Assembly (NCBI GenBank): GCA_040080135.1
Contig: JBEBIZ010000006.1
Location: 16,829-80,828, forward strand
Direction of reading: 5' to 3'
Source: Thiobacillaceae bacterium
GTDB taxonomy: Bacteria > Pseudomonadota > Gammaproteobacteria > Burkholderiales > Thiobacillaceae
DNA length: 64,000 nt
Shown: one piece after another, positions 18,885-29,500 of the stretch
Layout: each line of letters starts with the position of its first letter
Numbering within the stretch: the first letter of the stretch is position 1
The notes under the pieces: generated by a model
Seen by the model: the letters and a program-made list of their open reading frames with translations, nothing else
Told to the model about the DNA's origin: nothing
Database searches by the model: none
Program-made: the position numbers and the translations under genes

Positions 18885-19904
18885 ATGTTCAATCTCCCAT
18901 CCCGCTGGACACGACTGACGCTGCCCAGTCTGCTGTTATTGCCTGTGGCGGGTCTGTTCGCCTTCGTCGTCTGGATGCGGCGACTGGCATATCGACGCAG
19001 CTGGAGGCCATCATTTGCAGTCGGCGTGCCGGTTGTCATCGTCGGCAATATCACCGCCGGCGGCAGCGGCAAGACGCCGCTGGTCATCTGGCTGGTCAAC
19101 TGGCTGAGCCAGCACGGATACCGTCCCGGTGTGGTCAGCCGTGGTTATGGCGGGTCGGCGATGGGCGCAGTCGAAGTGCATACCCAGAGTGATCCGGCGG
19201 TGGTGGGCGATGAACCGCTCTTGATCCATTACAAAACGAGTGCGCCGGTGGTGGTGGGGCGTGACCGTGTGCAGGCTGCCCGCACCTTGCTGGCGCGGCA
19301 TCCGGGGATCGACATCATTGTTGCGGATGACGGTTTGCAGCATTACCGGCTGCATCGCGATCTGGAGCTGGCGGTGCTGGATGCGCGCAGCGGGCTGGGC
19401 AACGGCCTGCCGCTTCCCGCCGGGCCGTTGCGCGAACCCGCATCCCGGCTTGAAACCGTGGATGCGCTGGTGCAGATTCGGCGCGGCGACACGCCCGTGA
19501 ATAATCTGCCTGTCGCGTCTTACCAGGCTGAATTTGCCCTGGGTAAAGCCTATGCGCTGACGCAGCCAGACCATAAAGTGGATATTGTCGATTTGCCCAG
19601 CAGCGATTGGCTGGCCGCCACTGGCATCGGGCAGCCGCAGGGATTTTTTGACATGCTGACCAGGCTGGGTTGGGATTTCAGGACAAAAATATTTTCCGAC
19701 CATCACCGCTACCAAGCGGACGATATTCCGGCAGCGGCACGCGTCGTGATGACCGAGAAAGACGCGGTAAAATGCTTGGCGTTCGCGCAGCCAGATTGGT
19801 GGGCGCTGGAACTGGAGGCACGACCCGAGGCCGCGTTTATCCAGTTTCTGGAGGATCGTCTCAAGTCGGCGCACCACCCTGCCGCAACCGCACACCCACG
19901 ATAA
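18885..19904 (+). CDS. lpxK: Tetraacyldisaccharide 4'-kinase
   Basis: VGNITAGGSGKTP, SRGYG, GDEP, DDGLQH, PAGPLRE and MTEKDAVK. Confidence 0.95.
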   Translation: MFNLPSRWTRLTLPSLLLLPVAGLFAFVVWMRRLAYRRSWRPSFAVGVPVVIVGNITAGGSGKTPLVIWLVNWLSQHGYRPGVVSRGYGGSAMGAVEVHTQSDPAVVGDEPLLIHYKTSAPVVVGRDRVQAARTLLARHPGIDIIVADDGLQHYRLHRDLELAVLDARSGLGNGLPLPAGPLREPASRLETVDALVQIRRGDTPVNNLPVASYQAEFALGKAYALTQPDHKVDIVDLPSSDWLAATGIGQPQGFFDMLTRLGWDFRTKIFSDHHRYQADDIPAAARVVMTEKDAVKCLAFAQPDWWALELEARPEAAFIQFLEDRLKSAHHPAATAHPR

Positions 19905-19916
19905 TAGGTAACGTCG

Positions 19917-20102
19917 ATGAATCACAAACTGCTCGAAATCCTGGTCTGCCCCGTGTGCAAAAGCGGCCTTACTTATCGCAAGGACAGCCAGGAGCTGCTC
20001 TGCCCGGCCTGTCGTATTGCTTATCCGATCACTGACGACATTCCCGTGATGCTGCCGGAAGAAGCGCGCCGACTGGACGCTGGCGAGCAAGTGGGTGGAT
20101 GA
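19917..20102 (+). CDS. ycaR: Trm112 family protein (YcaR-like)
   Basis: [11 protein letters not shown]...YPI.D.IPVML, in its usual position between lpxK and kdsB. Confidence 0.88.
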   Translation: MNHKLLEILVCPVCKSGLTYRKDSQELLCPACRIAYPITDDIPVMLPEEARRLDAGEQVGG

Positions 20103-20877
20103 AAACGTGGCGCTAATGCAATTCCGCGTCGTGATCCCCGCGCGTTATGCGTCCAGCCGTTTGCCGGGCAAGCCGCTGGCCGATATTGGCGGTAAACCGA
20201 TGGTGCTGCATGTGCTCGAACGTGCGCTTGAATCGGGTGCCGAATCGGTAGTGGTAGCGACTGACGATGCGCGGGTAGAGCGCGTGGTGCGAGCCGCCGG
20301 GCAGCACGCCATCATGACCTCGCCGGATCATGCGTCTGGTACCGAGCGGCTGGTTGAGGTCGTCGAAACGCTGGGCTGGCACGACGACACGCTGGTGGTC
20401 AACGTACAAGGCGACGAACCGCTGATCGATCCTGCGCTGATCCGGGATGTGGCGACGCAATTGGCGACACATACCGATGCCGTCATCGCGACGCTCGCGC
20501 ATGCCATCGAGTCGCACGCCGACTTCATCAACCCGAATGTGGTCAAGGTCGTGACCAATGCGCAAGGCTACGCGCTGTATTTCAGCCGCGCGCCCATCCC
20601 GTGGCCGCGTGATGCGATGGCTGCTGGTGTGCCAATGGGGACCGAATCAAAACCGCTGCGCCATATCGGCCTCTACGCCTACCGTGCAGGCTTCCTGCGC
20701 ACCTACGCCAGCCTCATACCGTCGCCGCTGGAAAATATCGAGATGCTCGAACAGTTACGCGTGCTCTGGCACGGTTACCGGATTAGCCTGGGCATTACCG
20801 AAAATGCGCCCGCGCCGGGGGTGGATACGGCGGAAGACCTGGAACGGGTGCGGGCGTTGTTTGCCACACGCACGTAG
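20095..20877 (+). CDS. kdsB: 3-deoxy-manno-octulosonate cytidylyltransferase
   Basis: [35 protein letters not shown] and E.LEQLR. An alternative ATG exists at 20116. Confidence 0.95.
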   Translation: MDENVALMQFRVVIPARYASSRLPGKPLADIGGKPMVLHVLERALESGAESVVVATDDARVERVVRAAGQHAIMTSPDHASGTERLVEVVETLGWHDDTLVVNVQGDEPLIDPALIRDVATQLATHTDAVIATLAHAIESHADFINPNVVKVVTNAQGYALYFSRAPIPWPRDAMAAGVPMGTESKPLRHIGLYAYRAGFLRTYASLIPSPLENIEMLEQLRVLWHGYRISLGITENAPAPGVDTAEDLERVRALFATRT

Positions 20878-20954
20878 AAGAACTGTTTTTCCACGAAGGA
20901 CGCGGGTTTGATTTACTGTGTGACCCTTCGCGCCCTTCGAGCAAATAATTTTTA

Positions 20955-22460
20955 TTAAGCTTCGCGCCGCATCTGCGGGAACAGAATCACATCCCGGATT
21001 GACGGCGCATCGGTCAGCAACATTACCAGTCGATCGATGCCGATACCGCAACCGCCGGTGGGCGGCAGGCCGTGTTCCAGCGCACGGATGTAATCGGCGT
21101 CGTAATGCATGGCTTCTTCGTCGCCCGCTTCTTTCTGTCGCACCTGCTCCATGAATCGCTCGGCCTGATCCTCGGCGTCATTCAGCTCGGAAAATCCATT
21201 CGCCATTTCACGGCCAGTGATGAATAGCTCGAAGCGTTCAGTGATTTCAGGGTGCGCATCGGAGCGGCGCGCCAGCGGGGAGACTTCAGCCGGGTAGTCG
21301 ATGATGAAGGTGGGCTGCATCAGCAGCGCTTCAGTGGTTTCTTCAAAGAATGAAAGTTGCAGGCCGCCGAGTCCGTCGGGTGGCCGATATTTGGCTTTGA
21401 CCGCAATGAACTGGGCGATCAGCCAGTCGCGGTCATTCAGTTGTGCCACGCTGTATTCGGGGTGATATTTGCGGATGGCATCTACTATGGTCAGGCGATC
21501 AAAAGGCCTGGCCAGATCAATCTCATTGCCTTGATAGGTCACGCTGGTCGAGCCGGTGGCGGCAATGGCCGCATGGCGAATCAGCGACTCGGTGTAATCC
21601 ATCAGATAGCGGTATTCGCGATACGCTTCGTAAAATTCCATCATGGTGAATTCAGGATTGTGCCGGGTCGAGAGACCTTCGTTACGGAAGTTGCGGTTAA
21701 TCTCGAACACCTTCTCGAAGCCGCCGACGACCAGTCGCTTCAGATACAGCTCGGGCGCGATCCGCAGGAACAACTCCATGTCGAGCGCATTGTGGTGCGT
21801 GGCAAACGGCTTGGCCGCAGCGCCGCCCGGAATAGGATGCATCATCGGCGTTTCGACTTCGAGAAAACCATTCCCCGTCATGAACTCGCGCATTGCCTGA
21901 ATGATCTTGGAGCGCCGAATGAATGTTTCGCGTGCGCCGTCGTTGGTAATCAAGTCGAGATAACGCTGGCGCGCGCGCTGTTCCGGATCGGCCAGTCCGT
22001 GAAACTTTTCCGGAAGCGGGCGCAGTGCCTTGGAAAGCAAGCGGATCGATTTTGCCTGGATCGTCAGTTCACCCTTGTTGGTCTTGAACAGCACCCCGGT
22101 TACACCAATAAAATCGCCCAGATCCCAATGTTTGAACGCGTCGTGAACCTCGGTGCCTGCATGGTCGTTGGAGATGTAAACCTGGATGCGTCCGCTCATA
22201 TCCTGCAGGCTGGCGAAACTGGCTTTGCCCATAACGCGTTTCAGCATCATGCGACCGGCGAGTTGCACGTTAATTGCTTCGGCCTCCAGCGTTTCTTTCG
22301 ATTTGTCGCCGTGTTCGACAGCCAGTGAGTCGGCATAATCGCGCCGGTCGAAATCGTTGGGGAAGGCGACGCCCTGCGTGCGAATCTCGGCGAGTTTGGC
22401 GCGGCGCTCGGCAATGATCTGATTTTCGTCGAGGACAGGAGCGAGATTTTCGGTGTTCAT
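20955..22460 (-). CDS. lysS: Lysine--tRNA ligase (class II)
   Basis: OB-fold [26 protein letters not shown]...HNPEFT and GIGIDRL. Confidence 0.97.
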   Translation of the reverse strand: MNTENLAPVLDENQIIAERRAKLAEIRTQGVAFPNDFDRRDYADSLAVEHGDKSKETLEAEAINVQLAGRMMLKRVMGKASFASLQDMSGRIQVYISNDHAGTEVHDAFKHWDLGDFIGVTGVLFKTNKGELTIQAKSIRLLSKALRPLPEKFHGLADPEQRARQRYLDLITNDGARETFIRRSKIIQAMREFMTGNGFLEVETPMMHPIPGGAAAKPFATHHNALDMELFLRIAPELYLKRLVVGGFEKVFEINRNFRNEGLSTRHNPEFTMMEFYEAYREYRYLMDYTESLIRHAAIAATGSTSVTYQGNEIDLARPFDRLTIVDAIRKYHPEYSVAQLNDRDWLIAQFIAVKAKYRPPDGLGGLQLSFFEETTEALLMQPTFIIDYPAEVSPLARRSDAHPEITERFELFITGREMANGFSELNDAEDQAERFMEQVRQKEAGDEEAMHYDADYIRALEHGLPPTGGCGIGIDRLVMLLTDAPSIRDVILFPQMRREA

Positions 22461-22474
22461 GTGTATTGTTTCAA

Positions 22475-22906
22475 TCAGTAAAAGCTGTGAAGAGTGAAGC
22501 CGAGGCGCGTGGCGGCCTCGGCCTGATTTTTATCGGCAGTGGCGAATGCTTTCGCGGTGATGCGGCGGGCGACGGCAAGGTGTAAGGCATCCAGTGTGCG
22601 TAGCGGTACGGCGCCAACCTCGTCCATCAAGTGATAGGCGAGCGTCATGTCGTCTTCGCCGAAGGATGCGACGACGAGCGCGCCGTCCTGCATATCGAGG
22701 CGAAATGCTTCAAGGACCTGAGTTTCAAGTTCGGGAGAAACCTGGTTGGCGCGACGCCTGCGGGCCAGCGCGCAGCGCATTTCGATGATCGTGAGCCGAC
22801 TGATGCCGAGCGGTGCGCGACTCAGAAAGAACGTATCGAACGGGTCGCTGCCGGGCTCCCGAATATAACGTTTGACCAGTGCGCTGGTATCAACGTAGAT
22901 CATCAA
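22475..22906 (-). CDS. vapC: VapC PIN-domain toxin
   Basis: PIN acidic residues are intact: YVDTSA, E42, RTLDALH and TAD. Confidence 0.88.
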   Translation of the reverse strand: MMIYVDTSALVKRYIREPGSDPFDTFFLSRAPLGISRLTIIEMRCALARRRRANQVSPELETQVLEAFRLDMQDGALVVASFGEDDMTLAYHLMDEVGAVPLRTLDALHLAVARRITAKAFATADKNQAEAATRLGFTLHSFY

Positions 22907-23136
22907 AAGCGCTCGTCGCGGTCTTCACGGATGAGAGCCTCGCTTGGAATGTCCTGCATGGGTTGGCTCGCGCGAAAAGCCGCCAGTGAACGGAACGTAT
23001 TCTTGCGCGGCGTTACCGGCAAAATTCGTGCAACCGGCTCGCCGCGACAGACCACCAGTACCTCGTCACTGTCGGCAAACATTAGATCGGGGTGCGACAA
23101 GCCTTCGCGGGCTTCACGGATGGTCAGGGTTTTCAT
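22903..23136 (-). CDS. Phd/YefM family antitoxin
   Basis: MKTLTIREAR...EVLVVCRGEPVARILP and SEALIREDRDER. 4 bp overlap with the toxin start. Confidence 0.8.
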   Translation of the reverse strand: MKTLTIREAREGLSHPDLMFADSDEVLVVCRGEPVARILPVTPRKNTFRSLAAFRASQPMQDIPSEALIREDRDERF

Positions 23137-23158
23137 CGATGGCCTAACAGAAAATGTG

Positions 23159-23188
23159 TGTGACACGATTATAAACGATGTGACACAT
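23159..23188 (-). promoter_or_regulatory. Promoter/operator of the Phd-VapC module
   Basis: Perfect TATAAT on the minus strand (23173-23168) lies between two TGTGACAC repeats 20 bp apart (23159-23166, 23179-23186). The second sits in the palindrome ATGTG-A-CACAT. No good -35. Confidence 0.6.
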
Positions 23189-23436
23189 TGCTCGCCAGCC
23201 CGCGTACCGTTCGCTTTCGACTTTGTCTTTGGAGTACCCCCTGTTCAGTAGGCATCTTGATGTCCAATAAATAAATTTGTGGTAGTGGAACCCTCTGCCA
23301 AGTCATCTTGCCTAGGGTTTAGGCGGTGGCTTTTAAATTCATGATCTCTGCTGATCAATCCACATGTTTTATTGTCGGCTCACAGAGCATGGTCGGTCAA
23401 AATTTACGCTACGCTCCATCCGCAGGAAACGTCTAC

Positions 23437-24541
23437 TTACACACCCTGTTTCAAGCTGGCTTCTATGAATATGTCGAGGTCACCGTCGAGCACTTTTTGC
23501 GTAGCGGAGACTTCGACATTGGTACGCAAGTCTTTGATGCGTGAATTGTCGAGCACGTAGCTGCGAATCTGGTGACCCCAGCCGACATCTGATTTTCCGG
23601 CTTCGAGTTTGTCCTGTTCGGCCTGGCGTTTGCGCAGCTCGGCTTCGTATAGTTTGGACTTCAGCATCGACATCGCTTCGGCGCGGTTTTTGTGCTGTGA
23701 GCGGTCGTTCTGGCATTGCACGACAATGCCTGAAGGTACGTGCGTGATGCGTACGGCGGAGTCGGTTTTATTGATGTGCTGGCCGCCGGCGCCTGACGCG
23801 CGGTAGGTGTCGACGCGCAGGTCGGCGGGGTTGATGTCGACTTCGATCGAGTCGTCCACTTCGGGGTAGACAAACACGCTGGCAAAACTGGTGTGGCGTC
23901 CGCCGGAGGAATCGAACGGTGATTTGCGCACCAGGCGATGCACACCGGTTTCGGTGCGCAGGGTGCCGAATGCATACTCGCCCTCAACCTTGATGCTGGC
24001 AGATTTGATGCCCGCGACGTCGCCGTCGGATTCTTCCAGCAACTCGGTCTTGAAGCCTTTGCGCTCGCAATATTTCAGGTATTGCCGCAGCAGCATGGAC
24101 GCCCAGTCGCAGGCTTCGGTGCCGCCTGCACCGGCCTGGATGTCGATAAAGCAATTGCTGGGGTCGGCAGGGTTGTTGAACATGCGGCGGAATTCCAGCA
24201 TGGCCACGTCTTTTTCGATGGTTCCGACATCGGACTGCACCGCAGACAGGGTGTCGTCGTCGTCTTCCATGCGCGCCAGCTCAAACAGTTCGGTGCCGTC
24301 TTTCAGGCCGTGCGTGATGCGATCCAGCACCAGCACGACATCTTCAAGCGATTTGCGCTCACGGCCAATTTCCTGGGCGTTGGCAGAATCGTTCCAGAAG
24401 TTGGGGTCTTCGGTCAGGCGGGCGACTTCTTCGAGCCGGTCTTTTTTGACATCGTAGTCAAAGAAACCCCCGGAGTTGAGTGGCACGGGCGGCCAAGTCT
24501 GTTAAAGCGGATTCGATCTGGTTGAGGGCTTCGGCTTCCAT
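23437..24541 (-). CDS. prfB: Peptide chain release factor 2, programmed +1 frameshift: join(24541..24461, 24459..23437), 367 aa
   Basis: ORF1 [27 protein letters not shown] ends in CTT TGA C. The downstream frame contains SPF and GGQ motifs. Confidence 0.96.
24457..24472 (-). promoter_or_regulatory. prfB +1 frameshift signal
   Basis: CGGGGG-TTT-CTT-TGA-C: an internal SD-like run, 3 nt spacer, slippery Leu codon and UGA-C stop. Confidence 0.92.
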
Positions 24542-24569
24542 GGTGTGTACAGGCGGGAAAAGGCATCGA

Positions 24570-25841
24570 TTATAAGCTACGCAGTACCGCCCACGCGACT
24601 ATCAGCCCGAGTCCGACAGCGCCCATGCCGGCGATGACGTGGCGTGCCATATTCCAGCCGCCAATCACAAGAACCATCACTGATTTGAAACCGAGGTTGG
24701 CGAGGATGGCCAGCGTAATGGTGTTGACGACGATATCGGTCGGCAGCTTGCCCATATGATGCAGGCGCAGACTGGAAAGGGTAACGGGATCGACATCGGT
24801 GAGACCGGATACCAGCGCGACGGCGTAAAGACCGCTATGACCCAGCCAGTCGGACAGCCAGGCTGATGTCAGAAGCACAATGGCATACATCACGCCAAAC
24901 CCGATAGCCGTGCGCAGCTCGGTGGGGTTGGCCATGGGCAGATCGGGTGTTGTGCCTTGTGGCTGGAGGGTGTGCGACCCGTACCACGCTCCCAGGCCAC
25001 CGATCAAAAGACCCCCTGCCAGCACCGGATAGAGTTGTGCCAGAACATCGGGCGCAAATACGGCGGCAAGTACGCCAAGGCGGATCAGAACCACCAGGTT
25101 AGCCAGCACGATGACGATGACCGCAATCCCAGCCATCGCGTCGCTGCTGCGTGCGTGACGGCTGAACGCCAGCGTGGTTGCGGTGGATGACACCAGACCA
25201 CCGAGCAACCCCATCAATACGGCACCGCGTTGCCCGGCCAGTCTGAGCGCAGCATATCCGGCCAGACCGACCCCGGCGATCAGTACGACAACCCACCAGA
25301 TTTGATAGGGATTGAGCGCGCCGTACGGACCATAATTTTTATCGGGGAGCAGCGGCAGGATGATGAGCGAGAGCAGCGCGAATTGCAGGATGGAGAGCAG
25401 GTCGCGGCGGCTCAAGCGCTGGCTGATGCCGCGCAGTTCGGGTTTGAAATAGAGCAGGGTGGTGACAATGATGGCCAGAATCACGGCTAGCTGAATTTCG
25501 TCTGACCATACCAGTACGCCGAGTCCGTAACACAGCAGCAAGGCGGCAACGGTAGTCGTGCCAGGATCACTTGTGTCCGAGTCGGGACGCAGATGCGCCG
25601 TGATAATCATGCCGCCGGTCAGTAATAGACCGATACCGATGAGCCAGGGCTGGTTGCTCAATGCAGCCAGATGCGCAGCCAGGGTGCCAAACAAGGCGGT
25701 CAGTGCAAAGGTTCGCAAGCCTGCGCGGGCGGCGGGATTGCGTTCGCGCTCCAGTCCCATCAACAGGCCGAGTGCAATCGCCACTGCATAACGTGGCAGC
25801 ACGACCAACTCGGGCGGAAGCCAGGCGGTGAGTTCGTTCAT
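24570..25841 (-). CDS. MgtC/SapB family membrane protein with DUF4010
   Basis: GLLMGLERE....AGLRTF, P...W..VVLI and GGLVSSTA. Multi-TM; overlaps the recJ stop. Confidence 0.82.
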   Translation of the reverse strand: MNELTAWLPPELVVLPRYAVAIALGLLMGLERERNPAARAGLRTFALTALFGTLAAHLAALSNQPWLIGIGLLLTGGMIITAHLRPDSDTSDPGTTTVAALLLCYGLGVLVWSDEIQLAVILAIIVTTLLYFKPELRGISQRLSRRDLLSILQFALLSLIILPLLPDKNYGPYGALNPYQIWWVVVLIAGVGLAGYAALRLAGQRGAVLMGLLGGLVSSTATTLAFSRHARSSDAMAGIAVIVIVLANLVVLIRLGVLAAVFAPDVLAQLYPVLAGGLLIGGLGAWYGSHTLQPQGTTPDLPMANPTELRTAIGFGVMYAIVLLTSAWLSDWLGHSGLYAVALVSGLTDVDPVTLSSLRLHHMGKLPTDIVVNTITLAILANLGFKSVMVLVIGGWNMARHVIAGMGAVGLGLIVAWAVLRSL

Positions 25842-27529
25842 GTGCTCGCTTCCCAGTGCTGGATGCGCAATTGCAGGCTGGTATTGCCGTTGTACTCGTT
25901 GGTCATCAACGCGTACACGGCACGGATTCGTTCGGGCAGTGGGTCGGGATGAAAGAAGTGCATGGCATCGAAGCTTTGTCCGTCACGTAGCAGCTTTAAC
26001 TTTAGATGCTTTTCCTTGAGCACGCGCTGGCTTTGCACTACAAACTCACCCACAAACAGGGGGGCGGGAAAGCCCTGTCCCCAGATTGCGTTTTCCAGCG
26101 CTTGCGCAAAGGCGTAGCTATGCGCATCTGATGCCAGTTCACCATCGGTTTCGAGAAGGCCTTCGAGATCGGCAGGGGAGAGCAACTCGCGGGTGACGTC
26201 ATCGAATGCGTGCTTGAATTCCAGGTAACGCTGATCGGAAATGCTGAGGCCCGCTGCCATCGCATGACCGCCGAATTTCAGGATCAGTCCGGGATGACGT
26301 TTATCGATCAGATCGAGCGCATCACGCAGATGCAAGCCGGGGATCGAGCGACCGGAGCCTTTCAGTTCGCCCGCATCGTTGCTGGCAAAGACGACGGTGG
26401 GCCGATGAAATTTATCCTTCAGTCGCGAGGCGAGAATGCCGATCACGCCGATATGCCAGCCGGGTTGATACGCGGTGAGACTGGTGCTGTCGTCGGCTTT
26501 GAAATCGGCCAGCACGGCCAGTGCTTCGTCCTGCATGTCGGCTTCGATATCGCGGCGTTCGAGATTAAGTGCGTTCAGGCGTTGTGCCAGCGGCTGGGCA
26601 TTGCTGTCGGTCGCCAACAGACATTCGATGCCTAGCGCCATGTCGTCGATCCGTCCGGCGGCATTGAGGCGCGGCCCCAGTTTGAAGCCGAGATCAAACA
26701 CGGTCGCGCGTACCGGATCGGCACCTGCGGCCTGAAACAGGGCAGTGATGCCGGGCGCAGCCTTGCCCGCGCGCATTCGCGCAAGCCCCTGCGCCACCAG
26801 CGTGCGGTTATTGGTATCGAGCCTGACGACGTCGGCAACGGTACCAAGCGCGACCAGATCGAGCAGTTCGCGCAGATCGGGTTCGGGATTGTCGGCATAC
26901 AGACCGCGTTGGCGTTGTTCGGCGCGTAATGCCAGCAATACATAAAACATCACGCCGACGCCGGCCAGATTTTTGGAGGCAAAGGTGCAGCCGGGCTGAT
27001 TGGGATTGACGATACAGGCCGCGTCTGGCAATGCTTCGCCGGGCAAGTGGTGATCGGTCACCAGCACCGGAATGCCGAGCCGGTTGGCCTCGGCCACACC
27101 TTCGACCGCAGCGATGCCGTTATCGACGGTAATCAGCAGATCAGGCGACCGCCCGGCAGCGAGACGCACAATTTCGGGCGTCAGGCCGTAGCCGTGAACT
27201 AACCGGTTAGGCACCAGATACTCGACGCTTGCGCCCAGCATGCGCAGGCCTTTCATCCCAACCGCGCATGCGGTTGCGCCATCGGCGTCGTAATCAGCCA
27301 CAATCAGCAGGCGTTTTTTCTGCGCGATCGCATCCGCAAGAAGTGTCGCAGCGTGTGCGCTATTCAGCAGGCTTTGCGGTGGCAGGAGTTGCGGCAGGCG
27401 GTGGCTGATCTGGCTGGCATCCGTGATGCCGCGCGCGGCAAGCAATCGGGCCCATGCGGAAGACAAGCCCTGTTGTTCGAGGGATTGCACGATATCGGGC
27501 GAATAGGCGCGGGTGCTGATTTGGGGCAT
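25838..27529 (-). CDS. recJ: ssDNA exonuclease RecJ
   Basis: DYDADG, TVDNG, DHH, ALGTVADVV, GPRLNAAGR and FGGHAMAAG. Confidence 0.96.
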   Translation of the reverse strand: MPQISTRAYSPDIVQSLEQQGLSSAWARLLAARGITDASQISHRLPQLLPPQSLLNSAHAATLLADAIAQKKRLLIVADYDADGATACAVGMKGLRMLGASVEYLVPNRLVHGYGLTPEIVRLAAGRSPDLLITVDNGIAAVEGVAEANRLGIPVLVTDHHLPGEALPDAACIVNPNQPGCTFASKNLAGVGVMFYVLLALRAEQRQRGLYADNPEPDLRELLDLVALGTVADVVRLDTNNRTLVAQGLARMRAGKAAPGITALFQAAGADPVRATVFDLGFKLGPRLNAAGRIDDMALGIECLLATDSNAQPLAQRLNALNLERRDIEADMQDEALAVLADFKADDSTSLTAYQPGWHIGVIGILASRLKDKFHRPTVVFASNDAGELKGSGRSIPGLHLRDALDLIDKRHPGLILKFGGHAMAAGLSISDQRYLEFKHAFDDVTRELLSPADLEGLLETDGELASDAHSYAFAQALENAIWGQGFPAPLFVGEFVVQSQRVLKEKHLKLKLLRDGQSFDAMHFFHPDPLPERIRAVYALMTNEYNGNTSLQLRIQHWEAST

Positions 27530-27604
27530 GGCGGGATTGTACCTAGCCCGGATTTGTATCGCGGCTTTGATGTCTGATTTTTCAAGTCCGGTTAATATTC
27601 AGTT

Positions 27605-29062
27605 ATGAGCCATCTACTTCCCCTTTCACGGGTTGCCAAACTGGTCGGTCAGTCGCGTCATGCCTTGCAGGAGATGATCCGCAGCGGCGCGCTTGCGACG
27701 TTCGACGGCATGGTCGAACAGGATGAGTTGCTGCGCGCTTTTCCGGAAGTGAAGTGGGATGACGATGCCGAATTTCGGCGTGTCACTGAAATCAAGGAAA
27801 AGGCCTTTGCCCGACGCGTACGCGAACTGGCGCTGCCCGACAAGGATGTACTGGCGGCGCGCATTGCCGAACTGGGTAATGAATATGCGACGGCTAAAGC
27901 CTTGCTGAAACATTACGCTAATGTAATGGTGTGGCTAGATGAAAAAATCGATGAAATCGAGGAAGACAAAAGCGCGGAGACCCGTCACGCGTTGCACACC
28001 GTACGTGCCTTTCTGGTGCGCAACTTAGCCGAAGTACCCGCAGATGCTGCCATGGCGCAAGCAGCGATTGCGCAGGAGAGGATACTCAAGATCATGTCAG
28101 CCCACGTTACGATTCAGCCCAGCGGGCACGAATTTTTTGTCGAAAGTAACGACACTTTGCTTCAGGCTGCGCTGCGTGCTGGCGTTTCGCTCAATTATGG
28201 TTGCAGCAATGGTAATTGCGGCGACTGCAAGGCGCGCCTGGTGTCGGGCGAGGTTAAAAAAGTTCACGCGCATGACTATGTGTTGAAGCAGTCAGAAAAA
28301 GATGCAGGCGTGATTTTGCTGTGCTCGTATGCGCCGATCAACGAGGTGGTCATTGAAGCCAGCGTAGCTGGTGCGCGCGATATTCCGGTGCAGCATTTAT
28401 CCGCCAAGGTGAAGTCGGTGGAACTGTTTAATCCTGCGATGGCGGCCTTGCATATTCTGGCGCCGCGCAGCCAGCGCTTGCGCTTTCTGGGCGGACAATC
28501 GGTTCAGTTATCGGTCAACGGCACGAGCGGGCGCTACGCCATCGCCAGTTGCCCGTGCGAAGACCGGCATATCGAAGTACAAGTGCCGCGCGATCCTCAC
28601 GATGCCTTTGCCAAGGCGATGTGCAACGGGTTAAAAGCGAATGACACGGTGGAGGTGGACGGGCCGTATGGTGAGTTTGTGCTGGACGAGGACTCGCCGC
28701 GCCCGACCATCTTCCTTGCGTTTGGTGCAGGTTTTGCGCCGATCAAAAGTCTGATTCAGCACGCCATGTCGCTGGAGTTGGCCGAGTCGATGGATTTGCA
28801 TTGGCTGGCAGACGCAGCGGGGCACTACCAGGACAATCTGTGCCGGGCGTGGGCCGATGCGTTCGACGACTTCACCTATGCGCCGCACCCGCAAACGACT
28901 GATCTGGATTCGGTCATGAGCCGCATCGTGACGGATTATCCCGACCTGCACCGGTTTGATGTGTATGCCGCAGGGGCGACAGCGGAGGTTGAACTGGCCA
29001 AGCACTGGTTCATGCAACAGGGCTTGCCGGAACAGCGCTGGTTTGCAGGTGCGCTTGATTGA
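27605..29062 (+). CDS. 2Fe-2S ferredoxin/FAD-NAD oxidoreductase with an extra N-terminal HTH-like and coiled region
   Basis: GCSNGNCGDC...LLC 2Fe-2S motif, GPYGEF and GAGFAPIKS. About 165 extra N-terminal aa begin LSRVAKLVGQSRHALQEMIRSGAL. Confidence 0.8.
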   Translation: MSHLLPLSRVAKLVGQSRHALQEMIRSGALATFDGMVEQDELLRAFPEVKWDDDAEFRRVTEIKEKAFARRVRELALPDKDVLAARIAELGNEYATAKALLKHYANVMVWLDEKIDEIEEDKSAETRHALHTVRAFLVRNLAEVPADAAMAQAAIAQERILKIMSAHVTIQPSGHEFFVESNDTLLQAALRAGVSLNYGCSNGNCGDCKARLVSGEVKKVHAHDYVLKQSEKDAGVILLCSYAPINEVVIEASVAGARDIPVQHLSAKVKSVELFNPAMAALHILAPRSQRLRFLGGQSVQLSVNGTSGRYAIASCPCEDRHIEVQVPRDPHDAFAKAMCNGLKANDTVEVDGPYGEFVLDEDSPRPTIFLAFGAGFAPIKSLIQHAMSLELAESMDLHWLADAAGHYQDNLCRAWADAFDDFTYAPHPQTTDLDSVMSRIVTDYPDLHRFDVYAAGATAEVELAKHWFMQQGLPEQRWFAGALD

Positions 29063-29080
29063 AACGACCGGCTTGAAGCG

Positions 29081-29500
29081 ATGCTGAGGCTGCTTTTATA
29101 TACGTGGGTGCTGCCCGTGAGCGTAGCTGGCTTGTTGCTGGCGCTGGTGGCGCGCAGCAGTGGCGGCGGATTGCAGCGCTTGAATGGTGTGATGGAGGTG
29201 TCGGGCGGCTGGCCAGCAAAGTGGCTTCAGCGTGGGTTCCCGTTTAGTGGGCCGGTTGCGGCGATCACTTTGGGGCACGTCATTGTGGGTGTGTCTACTG
29301 AGGCGCTGCAGCTGACGCGATCACACGAGCGCGCCCATGTGCGGCAATTTGAGCGGTGGGGCGTGCTGCTGCTGGTGCTCTACCCGCTGGCGGGCGTGCT
29401 TGCGTGGATCAAGGGCGGGAACCCTTATCTTGATAATCTGTTTGAGCGTCAGGCGCGGGCGCAGGAACAAGCTACTGCCCCGCCACACAATCCAGTCTAA
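29081..29500 (+). CDS. Hypothetical membrane protein with HExxH motif
   Basis: Two hydrophobic segments plus AITLGHV, HERAHVRQ and N.FE..A. Confidence 0.6.
   Translation: MLRLLLYTWVLPVSVAGLLLALVARSSGGGLQRLNGVMEVSGGWPAKWLQRGFPFSGPVAAITLGHVIVGVSTEALQLTRSHERAHVRQFERWGVLLLVLYPLAGVLAWIKGGNPYLDNLFERQARAQEQATAPPHNPV

Noticed and set aside
23169-23255. 28-aa minus-strand ORF (MPTEQGVLQRQSRKR...) before the Phd antitoxin
   Set aside because: No recognisable family, and it runs through the promoter/operator.
23437-24486. ORF-track start of prfB at 24486 (MPLNSGGFF)
   Set aside because: This is an artefact of the programmed frameshift. The true start is ATG 24541.
13352-27566. REP-like fragments at about 13355, 20890, 23405 and 27544
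   Set aside because: Stems are short or mismatched and the copies are not mutually alignable. A genome-wide search would be needed.
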